A stretch of 64,000 nucleotides of DNA from Balanoglossus misakiensis (Eukaryota; Animalia; Hemichordata): NCBI GenBank assembly GCA_040954595.2, contig CM082585.2, forward strand, positions 5,543,808-5,607,807, read 5' to 3'. Below are positions 12,601 through 25,083 of the stretch, in pieces (positions within the stretch are counted from its first letter, which is position 1; the number at the start of each line of letters is the position of its first letter). Made by a program: the position numbers and the translations under genes. Below the pieces are notes generated by a model that did no database searches, had not been told where the DNA came from, and saw only the letters and a program-made list of their open reading frames with translations.

Positions 12601-15600
12601 ATAGTCAGGTTTACCTCCCCGCCCCCCTCAAAAGATGGCATTTCTTACTTTGATGTCATTGGTCTTCATCGTTCCCCAAGTTGAAACTGGCGGCCATGAA
12701 ACTGATTAATAAATCTTTTAAAAACAAATCGGATGTTCACAGCGCATATCTTCCTGGCGTCCATAAAAAATGACGCATGTTTTGAAATTCATTTTTTTTT
12801 TTTTTTTGCACTGCAATCTCTGACGTGGATATTTCTTATTGGAGCAAAAAATGATGATGTAACAGATGATGTTTTTATCACGTTTTTTTAAAGCTGTTCC
12901 TAGTCCCTTGGTTGTCACGGCGATGTCAAATTCAAGCACTTTTCTGGAAGGTGTGAAGAACAGCAAAGGTCACGCATCTTTCTTGCGGCAATGTCAAGTC
13001 CTTCAATTCAATTGTGCTGATTGAGCCAGAATGAGAAAAACACATTTTTCTCTGGCTTCTTTTTATTCCATTTAAAAAAAAAAATATTATATATTTTTTC
13101 TCAAGTTTCTATTTATTGTTTTGTTACAAGCATTTTATTGAAAGAGAGGGAAGGCATGACAGAATCGTGCAAAAACTACAATGCAGTGAAACTTGTCATT
13201 ACGGACACCTCTCTAGAATAGAATGTTAGCTGTCTATTAAGGACACATCCATGTTAAGGACATATTTTTTTTGTCCCAGAGGTGTCCTAATTTAAAGACA
13301 GGTTTCACTGTACTGTCAAAAGATGTTTGTTTTTTTACCCTAAACCCGAACACTGATTAGAATTTACCACGTACCAGAGTTGCCTCCCTGTGATTGGTGG
13401 CATTCAAATCACCCCGGATGGCAACCAGATTCTTGATGTCTGATAACATCAGTTTGGCTTGATGTTGCCGGATCTGCTTTAATCTGTCTGCATCCAACCC
13501 TAATCGAGACAGAATTCATTCACACATTAGTGATGCTGACAGGCATGCATCTCAAACCTGTGTTAAGGATGTACATTCAGTATAATAGAAAGTATTGTCA
13601 TTTCTTTTAATTGTTGATTTTTGGATTCTCCTGTGTATGTATAGTGAAAATCTGTGATAAAATAGAGCGGTCACCGCTCTTGTTTTTGAAATACAGAGCC
13701 ATGAATTTAGTCGATAATAGAAGAAAACTGCTGACTCAGCATTTTTCACCAATGGTATGGCTAAGGGCCAAAAATTTTAACGAAATTTATCTCAAAACAG
13801 AGTGCAGTGACCACACGATTTAATTTGACCAATGAATTTATATTTACTTAAACTGAGCTATGTGCAAAATTTCGTGAAAATGGCAATAGTAGAAGTTTGT
13901 TTTCTAGCAATTATCAATGTTATCCTATGGGGAAAAGATACACGTGCACTGTTTATCAGTTTATATTCTGCGCATACATCCTTTATGGCCAGCTCTACAT
14001 TGTGTTTAGGAGAGCACTGTTTGAATTCTAGGGAGGGGGGATTTGGGTACGTCAGCGATTTGTTTTTGTCGGCCACTGTTTCTTTTCCCCGAGGCACTGC
14101 AGAAGATTGTTTTTTCTGCACACCAGAATTTCAAAAATATGTCGTCTTACCCAATTCCTGCATGTGTTTCTCGATTATCATTTTGGTTTCGCTGCTTGGT
14201 GGGGCGTGGTCCACGGCGAAGTTGCCGTCGATATCCAGTATCGCAGCATCAGCACCATTCTGAAATTTTCGACAAAAACACATACATGAAATTCTCAGGG
14301 TTTTTTTGCTTTTGCATTCACAGCTCTGCTTTTAACCCTTTCACCCCTAGTTCATTTTATTGAGGTCCAACTTACCATAGAAAACACAGGGTTTGGACTG
14401 AACCATAGTGGAAAAATCACGGAGTTTGGTCAAACCACAATCAGAGATTGATAATATGTTTATGTTTACCTATCAGTAAGCTTATTTAAACGGACCCATC
14501 TATTAAAGTTTGAAAGTAAAAATAAAATCATGAAAATAATATATGCAAAACAGTAGCAGCTACTGAGGCTTTAAAATCTGTACTCCTAGCTGCCTTATTC
14601 AAAGTTGCCACATTCTAATTCCTTTTTTTTTCGTGAACACCGTGAAATCCGCTATGAATCTTTAATCAATGATAAGAAGACGAAAGATGGTCCTGTTTTA
14701 TCCAGCATGTAAGTAAACCTTGCCTGAGGTACTGAGAGTCGACAAAGAAGTGTTTGTGCGTCAGCGCTGGCATAAGGGTTGAATGTGCACAATATCAATA
14801 AAAATACTGGATTCACTATCTACGCATCTGCTATTGACAATTTTTTTTGAATATGATATTTTGAAATCAGTTTGCAGATTTTCTGTGGATTTTTGGGAGC
14901 TTTTTGATAGAAAAACCTTCAGTGCAATAGTAGAGCATGATTTTATCGTCCCATTAAAAAGCGATTACTTGTGCTAACATACGAAAACTATTCAAAATCT
15001 GGACTGCATGATTTCGAGAAAAATGAAAAACACAACAATACTGCTAGAATATTCTCAAGGCATTTTTTCAATACTGTATGACATCCAGAAAGATATATTT
15101 GTTTAATATATTGATATTTTTATAAGATATTTCTTAACATATTTTATCATAATTATTTTATTTAGCTGATCCAAAACTGTGACGCAGTGCATTCTGGGAT
15201 ACATGAGTAGGGTCGCGCAGAGATGCGACGTGGGAGATGGTACCGCACCCCTTTTTCTCCGAGTATCAGATTCAATTACTGCCTTGAAGACAAACTAGCT
15301 CTCTTGCAAGGACACTCGCCATATGGCGAGAAATCGTTTTCAGCGAGTGGGGGGAGTTGCCTAGCTACTTTTATACACAGCGAATACTGTTGAAAATGGG
15401 AAATTTTCACGACATGAAATTTTTGCGATATCAAAAGAGGCAACTATTATGTGACCATAAATTTTTTCGCCTTCTCGTATTCCACTGCATTCTTATCTCC
15501 AAAAAATATTTTTATGCGACTTTTTATTTTCGCGTTTTGTTCGCTCTCGCATAGTTCTCGAAAATTTTCCGTTTTACAGTATGTACACTGTATATTATAT

Positions 15601-18600
15601 GCATGTGGAAAAATATATCAAATTACACAATGTATTTTCTTACTGAGCTGATATGTGAGGTGTGCAGGTTAATTTATTCAGAATCTGAAGATGTCCTTGT
15701 AAGATTTCCACTGCTTACTTGGGAATTTCGAATGATTTCATAAACAACAGCAATTTAGAGATCCATCAATGTTTGATGATGATTGGTTTGATGATGATTG
15801 CACAAAACTGCGTAATGCAGTCTACTCTATTTTCTCTGAACTATACAAGTGGGATCTCTTTCTTTTCACTTCTCCACTTTCATTGGGAAATTACCTGAAA
15901 ACGGAAATTTTGCAGAAGTGTTTGCGATATCAACAGAGGTTACAATTTTGCAAGATTTATAAGTTTTCGCGTTCTCTTATTTCACAAACTGCATTGTCAT
16001 AATTCGCGACTATTTTTGCGTTAGTCGGGCTCTCGAAAAGCAGAAATTTATCTTTACAAAAATTTCCAGTTTTAAAGTGATCTCTGGATCTATATTCATG
16101 ATACAAACATACCATGGATGCAGTTCCATAATCCATTTTGGCTCAGTCATTTTCCTCCATATTCTCCCAGGGTCAAGAGGTCAAAAGCAATCAGCAAATT
16201 GGCCATATTTTCAGGCAATTAGCCAAAGACATGTTCATACGGCATTGCTGTCTGCCAATAAAGTCTACCGCGATAATTTTCACGAATTACCGTATTTCAA
16301 GGTACGGTCTCGACCTCAGCAAACAAACACCTGGGAAATGAGCTTTCTGAAGAGGGCATAGCAACTGCAACTGGGATTGAAGCTTCCATATATTCTTCGA
16401 TATCAAATGACGTCAGACGCTCTCAGACGGCAGTTAAGTTGGCATTCAAATTTCCAGATGACGGGCAACTTCAGCAACTTAGTGCAGACATTGACTGTGT
16501 AGACGAAATGCAGTGAGGCTGATGAGACAACATACCCGATACATGTTACGAGTTTGGCGGTTCTAAAGTAAAAACATACTCAGAAAAAACTTTTTCTGGA
16601 TGCCGAAATATTGCTTGCCGCCGTCACCTGGAAATGACAAAGCCGTGGGTAACATGGCCAGATCACGTGTTTGATAGTAAAGAATAAGTACATTGTACTT
16701 GTTAAAGTCACTCCCACGCTTGGGGGGTGTCTAATCAAATAGCTATCGTTCCGCTGGGAGGCAATTAGCCATTCCGAAGTTTTAAAGGGAACAGACAGTG
16801 TACATGCTGTAAAGAGTGCCACCATATGTTCTTTAGGACGCTCAAATACGCTTTTTCATGTATTAAAATTGAAGGTGACCATATACCTTAAAGGCCTTGC
16901 TCGACAGTGGGTCAAAACCTTTGTTTCCAATAAACAGTTACATGCTAACACAAAGGCTTTCTTGTTTGCCTTCATTGTACTGCCCTGGGATCGAGGAAAT
17001 GGCCTTTAAGGTACATCATCTTTCAGAGGGAAATTCTCACTTACCGAGAGCAACACGGCGACAAGTTCAGGGTTATCGCACGCACTGGCCACGTGTAACG
17101 GCGTCCACCAGTCATCGTCCTGGCGGTTGACGTCTGCGCCTTTCAGAATCAACGTCTCCGCCGCTGTCAGATTGTCATCCATGCAACACTGAGAATAAAA
17201 TGAAAATGTCGTCAAGGTGATTAAAGTGACAAAGTCTCTCTCTTGCTGCCCTTTTTCCATAATGCTTGATACAAGATACCGTTTATGTTATTCTACATGT
17301 GGATATATAGTGAATCAACGTTCAACCATATTCAACTTCCACCTCTTTGTAGGATATGAGAATAAAAATCTCACCAAAATGAATAAACGGTATAAAATGA
17401 AAATAAAATGAAAATGTCGTCAAAGTGATTAAGCAACAGACGTACTGCGGAAGAAAAATGCGGCGCTAAAAACTGCTGAAGGGTTTATGGATTAACATGT
17501 TTTTTTAAAAGAACAAAATATCCGAGAGAACAAATTGGATTCTCGTCAAATCAAGCCTATTTAGGATTTCTGTCTGACTACACCCACGACAAGACATCGA
17601 ACCGAACTAATGGAGGCGTGACAATGACGAACATCAATAATTGATATTTTCACCTCAAGTGACGGGTTCAATAATTGAAATAACACGGTATCTTACAAAT
17701 CTCTCCCCGATGCCCGAGAGTGTGGCATGTATATTAAATGGAGCATTAAATTGATATTTTACTGCAAAGCATAGATTCTCAATTCTGAGAAGTGAGCTGG
17801 CCCGTACATTTCAGTGACTTCGATAAGAATCAATTCGGATGTCCTGTCCCTGGCAAACTTATTCACACAACAGCTACACATTTAACAGAATCACATGTAG
17901 GTTAGTGGTTTGTATGACCAGATCAAACAGTAACACAACAAAGACACCAGATATTCAGGATCTCCAACTGATTAACCATTTCCCCACCAAAAGTCGAACC
18001 TTGCGATTTTTCACAAAATTTACCCTCGTAACTTTTTTCCACATTTCAAAAAAAAATTGGTCAAGAACTGTTGGCAATTGAAAATTATGTCAACTTGGTC
18101 CAAAATTAAGGAAAAACTGAAAGGAAAATACACAAAAACGACAACATGTAAGTTGTTTTGGGTCTCCCTCAAAATGGGAACAATGCGGATGGTCTGTATA
18201 TAAACAGAAAAGTCGCACATGTGCAGTACAGACGACACTCCCCCTTTAAATTTCTCATTTGTGCAGTTCTTTTGTGTTGTTTAGTAATCTGTACAGTCAA
18301 CGATTGATTATATATCCACTCAGGAGTCGACTCTAATGACACCAATTACGAGAAAGCTGACACAATGGTTAGATCATCTTCTTTGTCCTGATGGACAATA
18401 AAACAAGGTCAAAGGTCAATCCACACCGCTGGTATTAATAATGAATTAATTATACTATGAAAATAATATTTTGGTCCGTAATAATTCCTTCTCATATAGC
18501 ATTTGACATGTCACTGACAGATCTGTCATTTTGCGAACTGAAATTTCACATTTTTTTAATGATACGAATCCCACATCTATTAACAATTTGACAGTTTTAT

Positions 18601-21600
18601 TTTGCCAAAAAATGGAAAGGGGTCAAAGTTCATGACAACACCTCAGTTCAACTCTGGTGTACCTGGCTTCACCAATCACCATGGCAATTATGGCGTTACC
18701 GTTATAATTAAAAATTATAACTCTAAAGCCAGTTTCTTATCATGCGTTGATCAGTAAAGGGATTCATGGTAAATATAATATGCTATTGGTTTTCAGGTTT
18801 CCTGAAAACTGTTTGTGAAATAATTTCATGTGACTTTCACACTCCATCAGGGTCTTCCATACAGAACCTAACAACCAAACAGGCATTCATGACAAAACCA
18901 TATACCTGGCATGACTGTCATTAGCAAGGATGCACAGAATTAAAGTCTCTGGAAATAATAAACTAAAAACATTTTTGATTGATCGGACGCAGGAGAACTA
19001 TAATTGAACAATTGGCATCTGATTAAAAACATTTGGGCTCAAATTGAAACGCAAAGATTTCAATCCACTAATTGATTGTGAAGCTAGGTCCAGATTTAAT
19101 ACGATTCCTTCAACTGAAAAATCACCAGCCATCGACTCTGTCAACAGAAATACAGAGGAATTAACAGATCTTCGCCATGAAAACACGCATGTATATTAAT
19201 ATAGCAATCTGTGGGTTGTTGTCTTTTCAGAAAATGTGGACCAAAATTATTTGAAGTGTTCTACACATAGAGTTACCTTAACACAAAAATTACACATTAT
19301 TGCTGGATGATAGGTCAATGTATTTGTGGAATTACTGGGAATCATTTACTTCACTCAATCACTCGCTCTCTACGTCAGTTCATTCAGTAGGGTTATTAAC
19401 TAAACTACTGTAAGATGATACTAGTGCCCATGAATGGAATCACATCAATGTTGACAGTCCCCACTATATCCCACACAAAGGTATAGACATCTTGCAGTTG
19501 AAAGGTTTAAGGTAGTATATGCGCCTCAGGAACAGAAAAATGACAAAACTCTACATTTTTCAATTCTTTGCTATTTAATTCTGAGAAGAATCTTTTTGAA
19601 ATCAAAGAAGAAACATTAGGTCCACATTATTTTTGTTTAGGAAACACCAATTACTGTGAAACAATTAACTAAAATAGATCAGATAAGTATACTGACACTG
19701 AGATTTCCTTTACACAAATCAACGTATATCTGAAAGCACTCCTAAAATTTTAGAAAACACTGATTGATTTTGGACTTTGCTGGCTACAAAAGCGTCAAAA
19801 TTGTAATTTGTCATGATGGACAAATTATTTGATGACATATGACAGGCATTTAATTGTACATGCTGTTAACATTATAGATGATCTGCATGTAATAATATTG
19901 AAACTAATGTTTCAATTATAAATTCTTTTATACAACAGCATCGCACTAGTCGACACACGTGTAGTGTACTAGTCTGTATATCTGTCTGTAATACAAGTGT
20001 GCAAATGTATCTATGTATGTATGCATGCCTGACTGACTGTATGTATCTTCATATGTGTACTGTATATATAGGAAGGTAGGTATGAATGCATGCATGCATC
20101 ATATCTGCTCATACAACCAAACCTTACTGCCAATGGCAACTTTTAAATGACAGTTGTCTGAAACCTTTTCTGTTCCTTACCTACACGTCTGTAGTTGTAT
20201 GTCTGTATATGAGTATGGTAGTGCGTATGTGTCCATGTGTGCATCCATGATTGTGTTCACATATATGTGCATTGACGCATATTGCTTACCTGATGCAGAA
20301 CAGATGTTCCGGTGCTGGTGACGGTGTTCGGATCCACGCCCCGATCCAGTAGCATCAACACTGAGGAGAAAGCAGACCTCCATGTAAATCGCCACGCCAT
20401 CATTTATCTTCGCTCCAAATTTTCTTTCGCGATTTAATTTAATGTAAATATGACAAATTATTGATGTTGTCTCTTTTCGGCGCTCCGCGTGTTGTTGACA
20501 TCTTGATCATCACGCGCTTGCCTCGGTTGCTGGCAAACACTCCTCTCATCAAGCTCAACAGGGAAACTTAATTGCCCGACTGAACTATTCATCCTGCGGG
20601 GGGAAGAGACTGTTGACAAGTCTGAGGGACTGGGAGACAGACGGCAAGATGCTTGGGCGTGGCATCTGGGTAGGGCTCCCGTTGTGGTCCTGTGAGGGCG
20701 CTCTTCACTAATATGAAGAAAAGGGGGAACTTTTAAATTCCTGAGTCCTCATTGATTCCATCATTTTTCTTCATTCCGGGCAAAAAGGATCATTTCTATT
20801 TGACACAGTATACTTATTCTAAGACTGCTAGCTTGTATGAAATTTGGCAACAGGTTTTATTGAGCAGCGAACATCTGTCTCCTAATTCTGGTAGCTATTT
20901 GATGTGTCCCCTACTGGAGCTGACCGCACCCTTAAGACTCAAACGCCGAGGGCGCTACACACATATCCAGAACCACGCATTAAAACAACATTGCATTGTA
21001 CAACTACAAGGGGAAATCTGAAGGGGTTTTGAATTCTACAGCTGTTAGAATATTACCTAGTCACAACTTTTTGAAGTTATTTGACAAACACTACCGACTC
21101 AACAGCTGTTTCTATGGTTTGCAAAACATGATAATCCTGGCCAATTTTTACCGGGGCATTTTTTTCCGGTTGATACAATTCATGGAAACAAAACAGTTTA
21201 CGATATCAGTCAAAAATGTTTCCATAGCTGAATGGGCACAAAATATATCTATACTTTGGTATCACTTCTTGTTTGATACTGCTTGAATGAAACAATTCCT
21301 GTTTCATGTGTGCGCATATAGTTCAATAACTGATAAAATTTCTGCACAAACATTGATAATCTTCTGGAGCCCTTGGAAACAATGTGACATCACTGATATG
21401 AACATTGGGGGGAAGGGGCCACTCCAGATTAATATTTTGATTATGGGGAGATTAAAGGGACAAAGTCTCTCTCTCGCTGCCCTTTTTCCATTAATTATGT
21501 TTGATACAAGACACCATTTATTTTATTCTACATGTGGATATATAGTGAATCAACATTCGACCACACACAACTTCCATCCCATTTGCAGACACGAGAGTGA

Positions 21601-22594
21601 AAAACTGGCTAAATGAATAATCGGTGTTTACCATTTATTCATTTTGGCGAGATTTTTACTCTCATATCCTACAAACAGGATGGAAGTTGTGTGTGGTCGA
21701 ACGTTTATTCACTATATATCCACATGTAGAATAACATAAACATAAACGGCAGCGAGAGAGAGACTTTGTCTCTTTAATTTATGTCACTTTTTGTGTGAAT
21801 ACCTTCTATATAGTATTCAGGGGCTGCATCTATTGCTCAAATGAGACCCGTTCATGTAACAAACAAAATATGGGTCCCTCTGAAAACTAATGAGTCCAGG
21901 AAGCGACCCCTGAGGCATAGGTCAGATAGTTTTCACGACAACAATCATTGCCCTGAGTAACCATGTGCAAAGAGCAGAGACTCGCTTGATAAGAATGATA
22001 AGAAAAGTCTTTTTTTTCTGATTTATCAAGAGAATATGAGTAATTACACTGAATGAACACTAAATTAAAGTGTTTTTTCTGATAATGCAACTAATTTTAC
22101 ACTGAAAAGTCTTACATGGAGTACTTCAAGGGATATTCAATGTGAAGTTTGAAAATGCTGTTTTCTAAGAATGGAAGCTTGTGCAGTACTGTACATTTTT
22201 TTCACAATTTTCTTCATGTACCATAGCAAATGTTTTCTAGTGGTTCCAGTACGGTATGTACATCCATTACTGCTCCAACAGTGATCTGGCTTTTAGTGCG
22301 CAAGTAAAACGATACACAGCATAAAATGCCAAAAGCACATCAAAAAGAAAAAAAAACATCTCCACTCTCACCTTCTCTGTCATCAAATCTGGTTACAGCG
22401 TCTCTCAGCAAATCTTCAAGGATAAAATTCACCGTCTTCTTCGCCTTTTTGGGATGTGCATGCATCTTGTTCCCGGAAGCTTCCTCTTTCAGTCTCTGAT
22501 TGTACCGTTTAACCTGCTCCTGCCTCATCTGCTTTGCGATCTTCATCCTCTGCTCTCGTGGCAGCGTCTCCAGTATGGACTGGTCTATCTCCAT
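659..22594 (-). CDS. MYO16: Unconventional myosin XVI-like (N-terminal ankyrin repeats + myosin motor), 5' part; gene continues past window start
   Basis: Coding exons (minus): 22372-22594, 20290-20360, 17045-17188, 14151-14259, 13375-13499, 10691-10892, 8725-8878, 8026-8167, 7154-7264, 6539-6832, 659-773; all GT-AG and phase-consistent. N-terminus [31 protein letters not shown] resembles vertebrate MYO16. Ankyrin motifs [25 protein letters not shown]. Motor motifs [13 protein letters not shown]-loop [20 protein letters not shown] and switch-1 NSSRFGKY. Confidence 0.9.
1274..1614. mobile_element. Palindromic MITE family A (TTAA|AGGGAC...GTCCCT|TTAA; Kolobok/T2-type termini), copy 1
   Basis: Long terminal inverted repeats covering almost the whole element, TTAA at both ends, five copies in the window. 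Confidence 0.85.
2062..2419. mobile_element. MITE family A, copy 2
   Basis: TTAAAGGGACAAAGTCTCTCTCTCGCTGCCC ... GGGCAGCGAGAGAGACTTTGTCCCTTTAA. Confidence 0.85.
3361..3685. mobile_element. Second hairpin element of the same architecture, opposite orientation
   Basis: Inverted repeat 3369-3391 / 3515-3537 followed by a near-perfect palindrome at 3538-3679; internal TGATTGG...CACGTGACC segment. Confidence 0.55.
5896..5952 (-). CDS. Candidate 57-nt in-frame cassette exon of MYO16-like ([19 protein letters not shown]), motor loop-1 region
   Basis: Acceptor ...ctgactggcatttctgttcag| and donor cag|gtagg. Phase 0-0 like the host intron, no stop. Ends KIKQ, echoing KIKR at the end of the preceding exon. 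Confidence 0.5.
7502..7829. mobile_element. MITE family A, copy 3 (right tip missing)
   Basis: Same sequence family; ends at GGGCAGCGAGAGAGAG. Confidence 0.85.
8284..8397. mobile_element. Short Tc1/mariner-type MITE (TA|CAGTG...CACTG|TA)
   Basis: Termini TACAGTG..GAAAC / GTTTCACTGTA; relatives at 13184-13312 and a fragment at ~33228-33254. Confidence 0.6.
9357..9774. repeat. Apparently exact tandem duplication, 2 x 209 bp
   Basis: 9357-9565 matches 9566-9774 by eye. Confidence 0.9.
13184..13312. mobile_element. Short Tc1/mariner-type MITE, second copy
   Basis: CAGTGAAACTTGTC ... GACAGGTTTCACTGTA. Confidence 0.6.
14332..14412. mobile_element. MITE family B (TTAA|CCCTTT, piggyBac-like termini), partial
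   Basis: Reverse complement matches 38708-38800. Confidence 0.6.
17221..17390. mobile_element. MITE family A, copy 4 (left arm only)
   Basis: One arm only, flanked by a ~31-bp direct repeat (17194-17224 / 17402-17432). Confidence 0.8.
21452..21777. mobile_element. MITE family A, copy 5
   Basis: TTAA at both ends; small deletion in the right arm. Confidence 0.85.
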
Positions 22595-24765
22595 GGTTAC
22601 TGAGAGGATGCGGGCGGCTGGGGGGAAGATGGTCTAAGAACTGAGAAGATGAAGAAGTAAAATCGATTCAGCGATGCTGTGATATTCTTTTTCGTGGTAA
22701 GCAGCAGAAACCATCACAGGAATTATATTAAAATGCACTGAATTTATTCGAGTTCAATTTTAAGAGACAGAGATTGACTTCGAGGAATAATAAATCCTTC
22801 CTTCTTTATTTCTTTACTTAGTAGGGTTAAACCATTTAATATCTGGGGGAAACTGAAAGATACTTGAGAAATAAAACTATCACATCTCTTCTTTTTTTTC
22901 TTTTTTTTTCAAAAAGATTCATCACACACTTTTAAGTGGTAAAGAATTGAACTGTTTGGAGGACTACCCATTTTTCTGAAAATCTGTCCCAAGGCAAACA
23001 CTATCTTAATCAAAACAAAACGTGATAAACACATTTGCTTCGATATGAAACCTGCTATTGTCTTGGCTCTCAATGGTAGGTATTGTTTAACACTATGGTT
23101 TGGGGCAAGTATCCATTCCTGCACACAAACGTTTATTTTACTCAAAGGGCTGTTACAAATTTTATATTGGCCATCTGTTTAATTTCCTGCCTTCATTCCA
23201 ATTACAGTTGCGGTAAATTGAACATACTGAGGTCCATATATGAAAAAAAAATTCCCGTTACTATATGGTGACATGACTTTGGTGAATGTGATAGCTGGAG
23301 AAACGATAGGCGGTATAATCTCTACAAGGTTGTTTCGTGAGTCACTGTATGTTTGCATTTGATTCATAGCCAAGTTTTGACTTCCACCTGGCTTTCACAT
23401 ATTTGGAACATTCCATCAATCTTATATCGATGTTGTTAATCAAGTTCCCATAATTATGCATGCAATCTCTGAAAATCCTGGGAGACGTAGCAGATGCATT
23501 GAACATATTCTTTTAATGCCAATTTATAATTTTATAAATTTACAATCATACATTTCTAAATTTACAAACCGGGATGTTGAGAATTTTGCATAACTACAAC
23601 ATCTGTGGCTTAGTAAGGGTTATCTGAGTGCATTGGCCGGTCAAAATAGTGAAGTCATACCAGTAGAAATACCGGTATAAGTGAAAACTTATGGACACAA
23701 AGGAGTGAATGTCTGCCATCTGATTGAAACAGTTATATCATAAATTTATCAATTGCTAATCAACTTCGTTATTGCGTCTGGCACAATTCTGTCATACCGG
23801 TGTTTGCACGTTTGTTGGACCTTTACAACATGCTGCAGTTTCACTGGATTTTGAGATGCCTATTTTTGGTGGTAGTCTGTAGAAATGATGACACCAATCT
23901 CCAGAAATAAGTCTTGCTATTTATTGTTTGGTCAACTATCAAATCTTAAAAATAATTGGCAAATTATTTATGGGAACTCCAGTTTACTTCCGCATACCAA
24001 TTTAGCAGTACTGCTACCTGCATGACCAATTACCTGTTAGTTACGTAACAGTCGGCTAATAATAAACGCCCATTGTCTTGATTACGCAGAAAATGACACG
24101 GCGTAATGACGTCAACAGGGCGGGTTGGAAAGCACAGCTCAATCAGTCAATGCAAACATTGTCGTTTCTGCACAAAATCCACTATACGCTTTGTCATTTG
24201 TGTCGTAACGCCTGGAGTGAAGGTGAAACTAACTAAATACTAAAATAGTGCAATACTTTGCAATGTCAAAGATGGTTGTTGTTGCACTTTATAACTAAAC
24301 CTTTACCCCAGAATAAGTTTCCTCTAATGAAATCATATAAAATGGCGCCGTCAATGTATTTGTGTTTAATCAGTGGCCCATGAAATGTGGTATTTGTAAT
24401 ATTTTAATTTCACATCGCGAACTTGTTGTGGTGACTAATACACAACTCTCGGTATCACTTTTGTTTTTGGCATGATCGATCGATAATGTTTTGTTCGTCA
24501 CTGGACCTACAGTACTAGTACTACTAGCCCTGTGCGATCGAATTCGTGTGTACATTCCAACACTGGACAGTGAACGATTCTTGCATTCTGTGCAACTTCG
24601 GCGGTAAAAAATGTTACTAACATCATAAAATATAAACAATAACACGAATTAATAGTCTCATCAGCCAACGGAGGCCCCACTTTTGGTTTGGTTTTCAGAG
24701 GACGCCCATGGCCCCTCCGATCTCGATCGAAGTGTTTACAAACAATTATAGCGTCTGGCACTTAC

Positions 24766-24900
24766 CTGCAAGTTTGCAACTGGAGTTGGAAACGACAATT
24801 TGTCACACAAAAAAGTCTTCGTAAACGACCACCGGGGTCTGTGCCAGGTCAAATGAACTTCTCGGGTCGAACCTAGATTTGTAAACCAGCCGACCAGCGG
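24766..24900 (-). other. Probable non-coding first exon of MYO16-like (upper boundary approximate)
   Basis: Strong donor GCAG|GTAAGT at 24766/24765 on minus, in a CpG-rich region. The ATG-containing exon has an acceptor (ttcttcatcttctcag) at 22640, so an upstream UTR exon is implied. Confidence 0.5.
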
Positions 24901-25024
24901 CTGAACGTGACTTTACGATTATACTATTTAGATTTTGGGGAAGTAGGTACACATGACACCAACTACCTGATCTCCCGGACCCGGAAATATATTGCTCACG
25001 GTTGGTGAGATGGGCGTTTCCCTA

Positions 25025-25083
25025 TGACGTCACTCAGTCAGGTACCACATACATTTGATCCACATATAAAACAGGGGGCGCTA
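25025..25083 (+). promoter_or_regulatory. Candidate TATA promoter divergent from MYO16-like
   Basis: Perfect CRE TGACGTCA at 25025-25032 and TATAAAA at 25065-25071; CCGGAA at ~24981. Confidence 0.4.

Noticed and set aside
1982-21616. Recurring short ORFs containing [17 protein letters not shown]
   Set aside because: They are chance frames through MITE-A copies, with no transposase motif.
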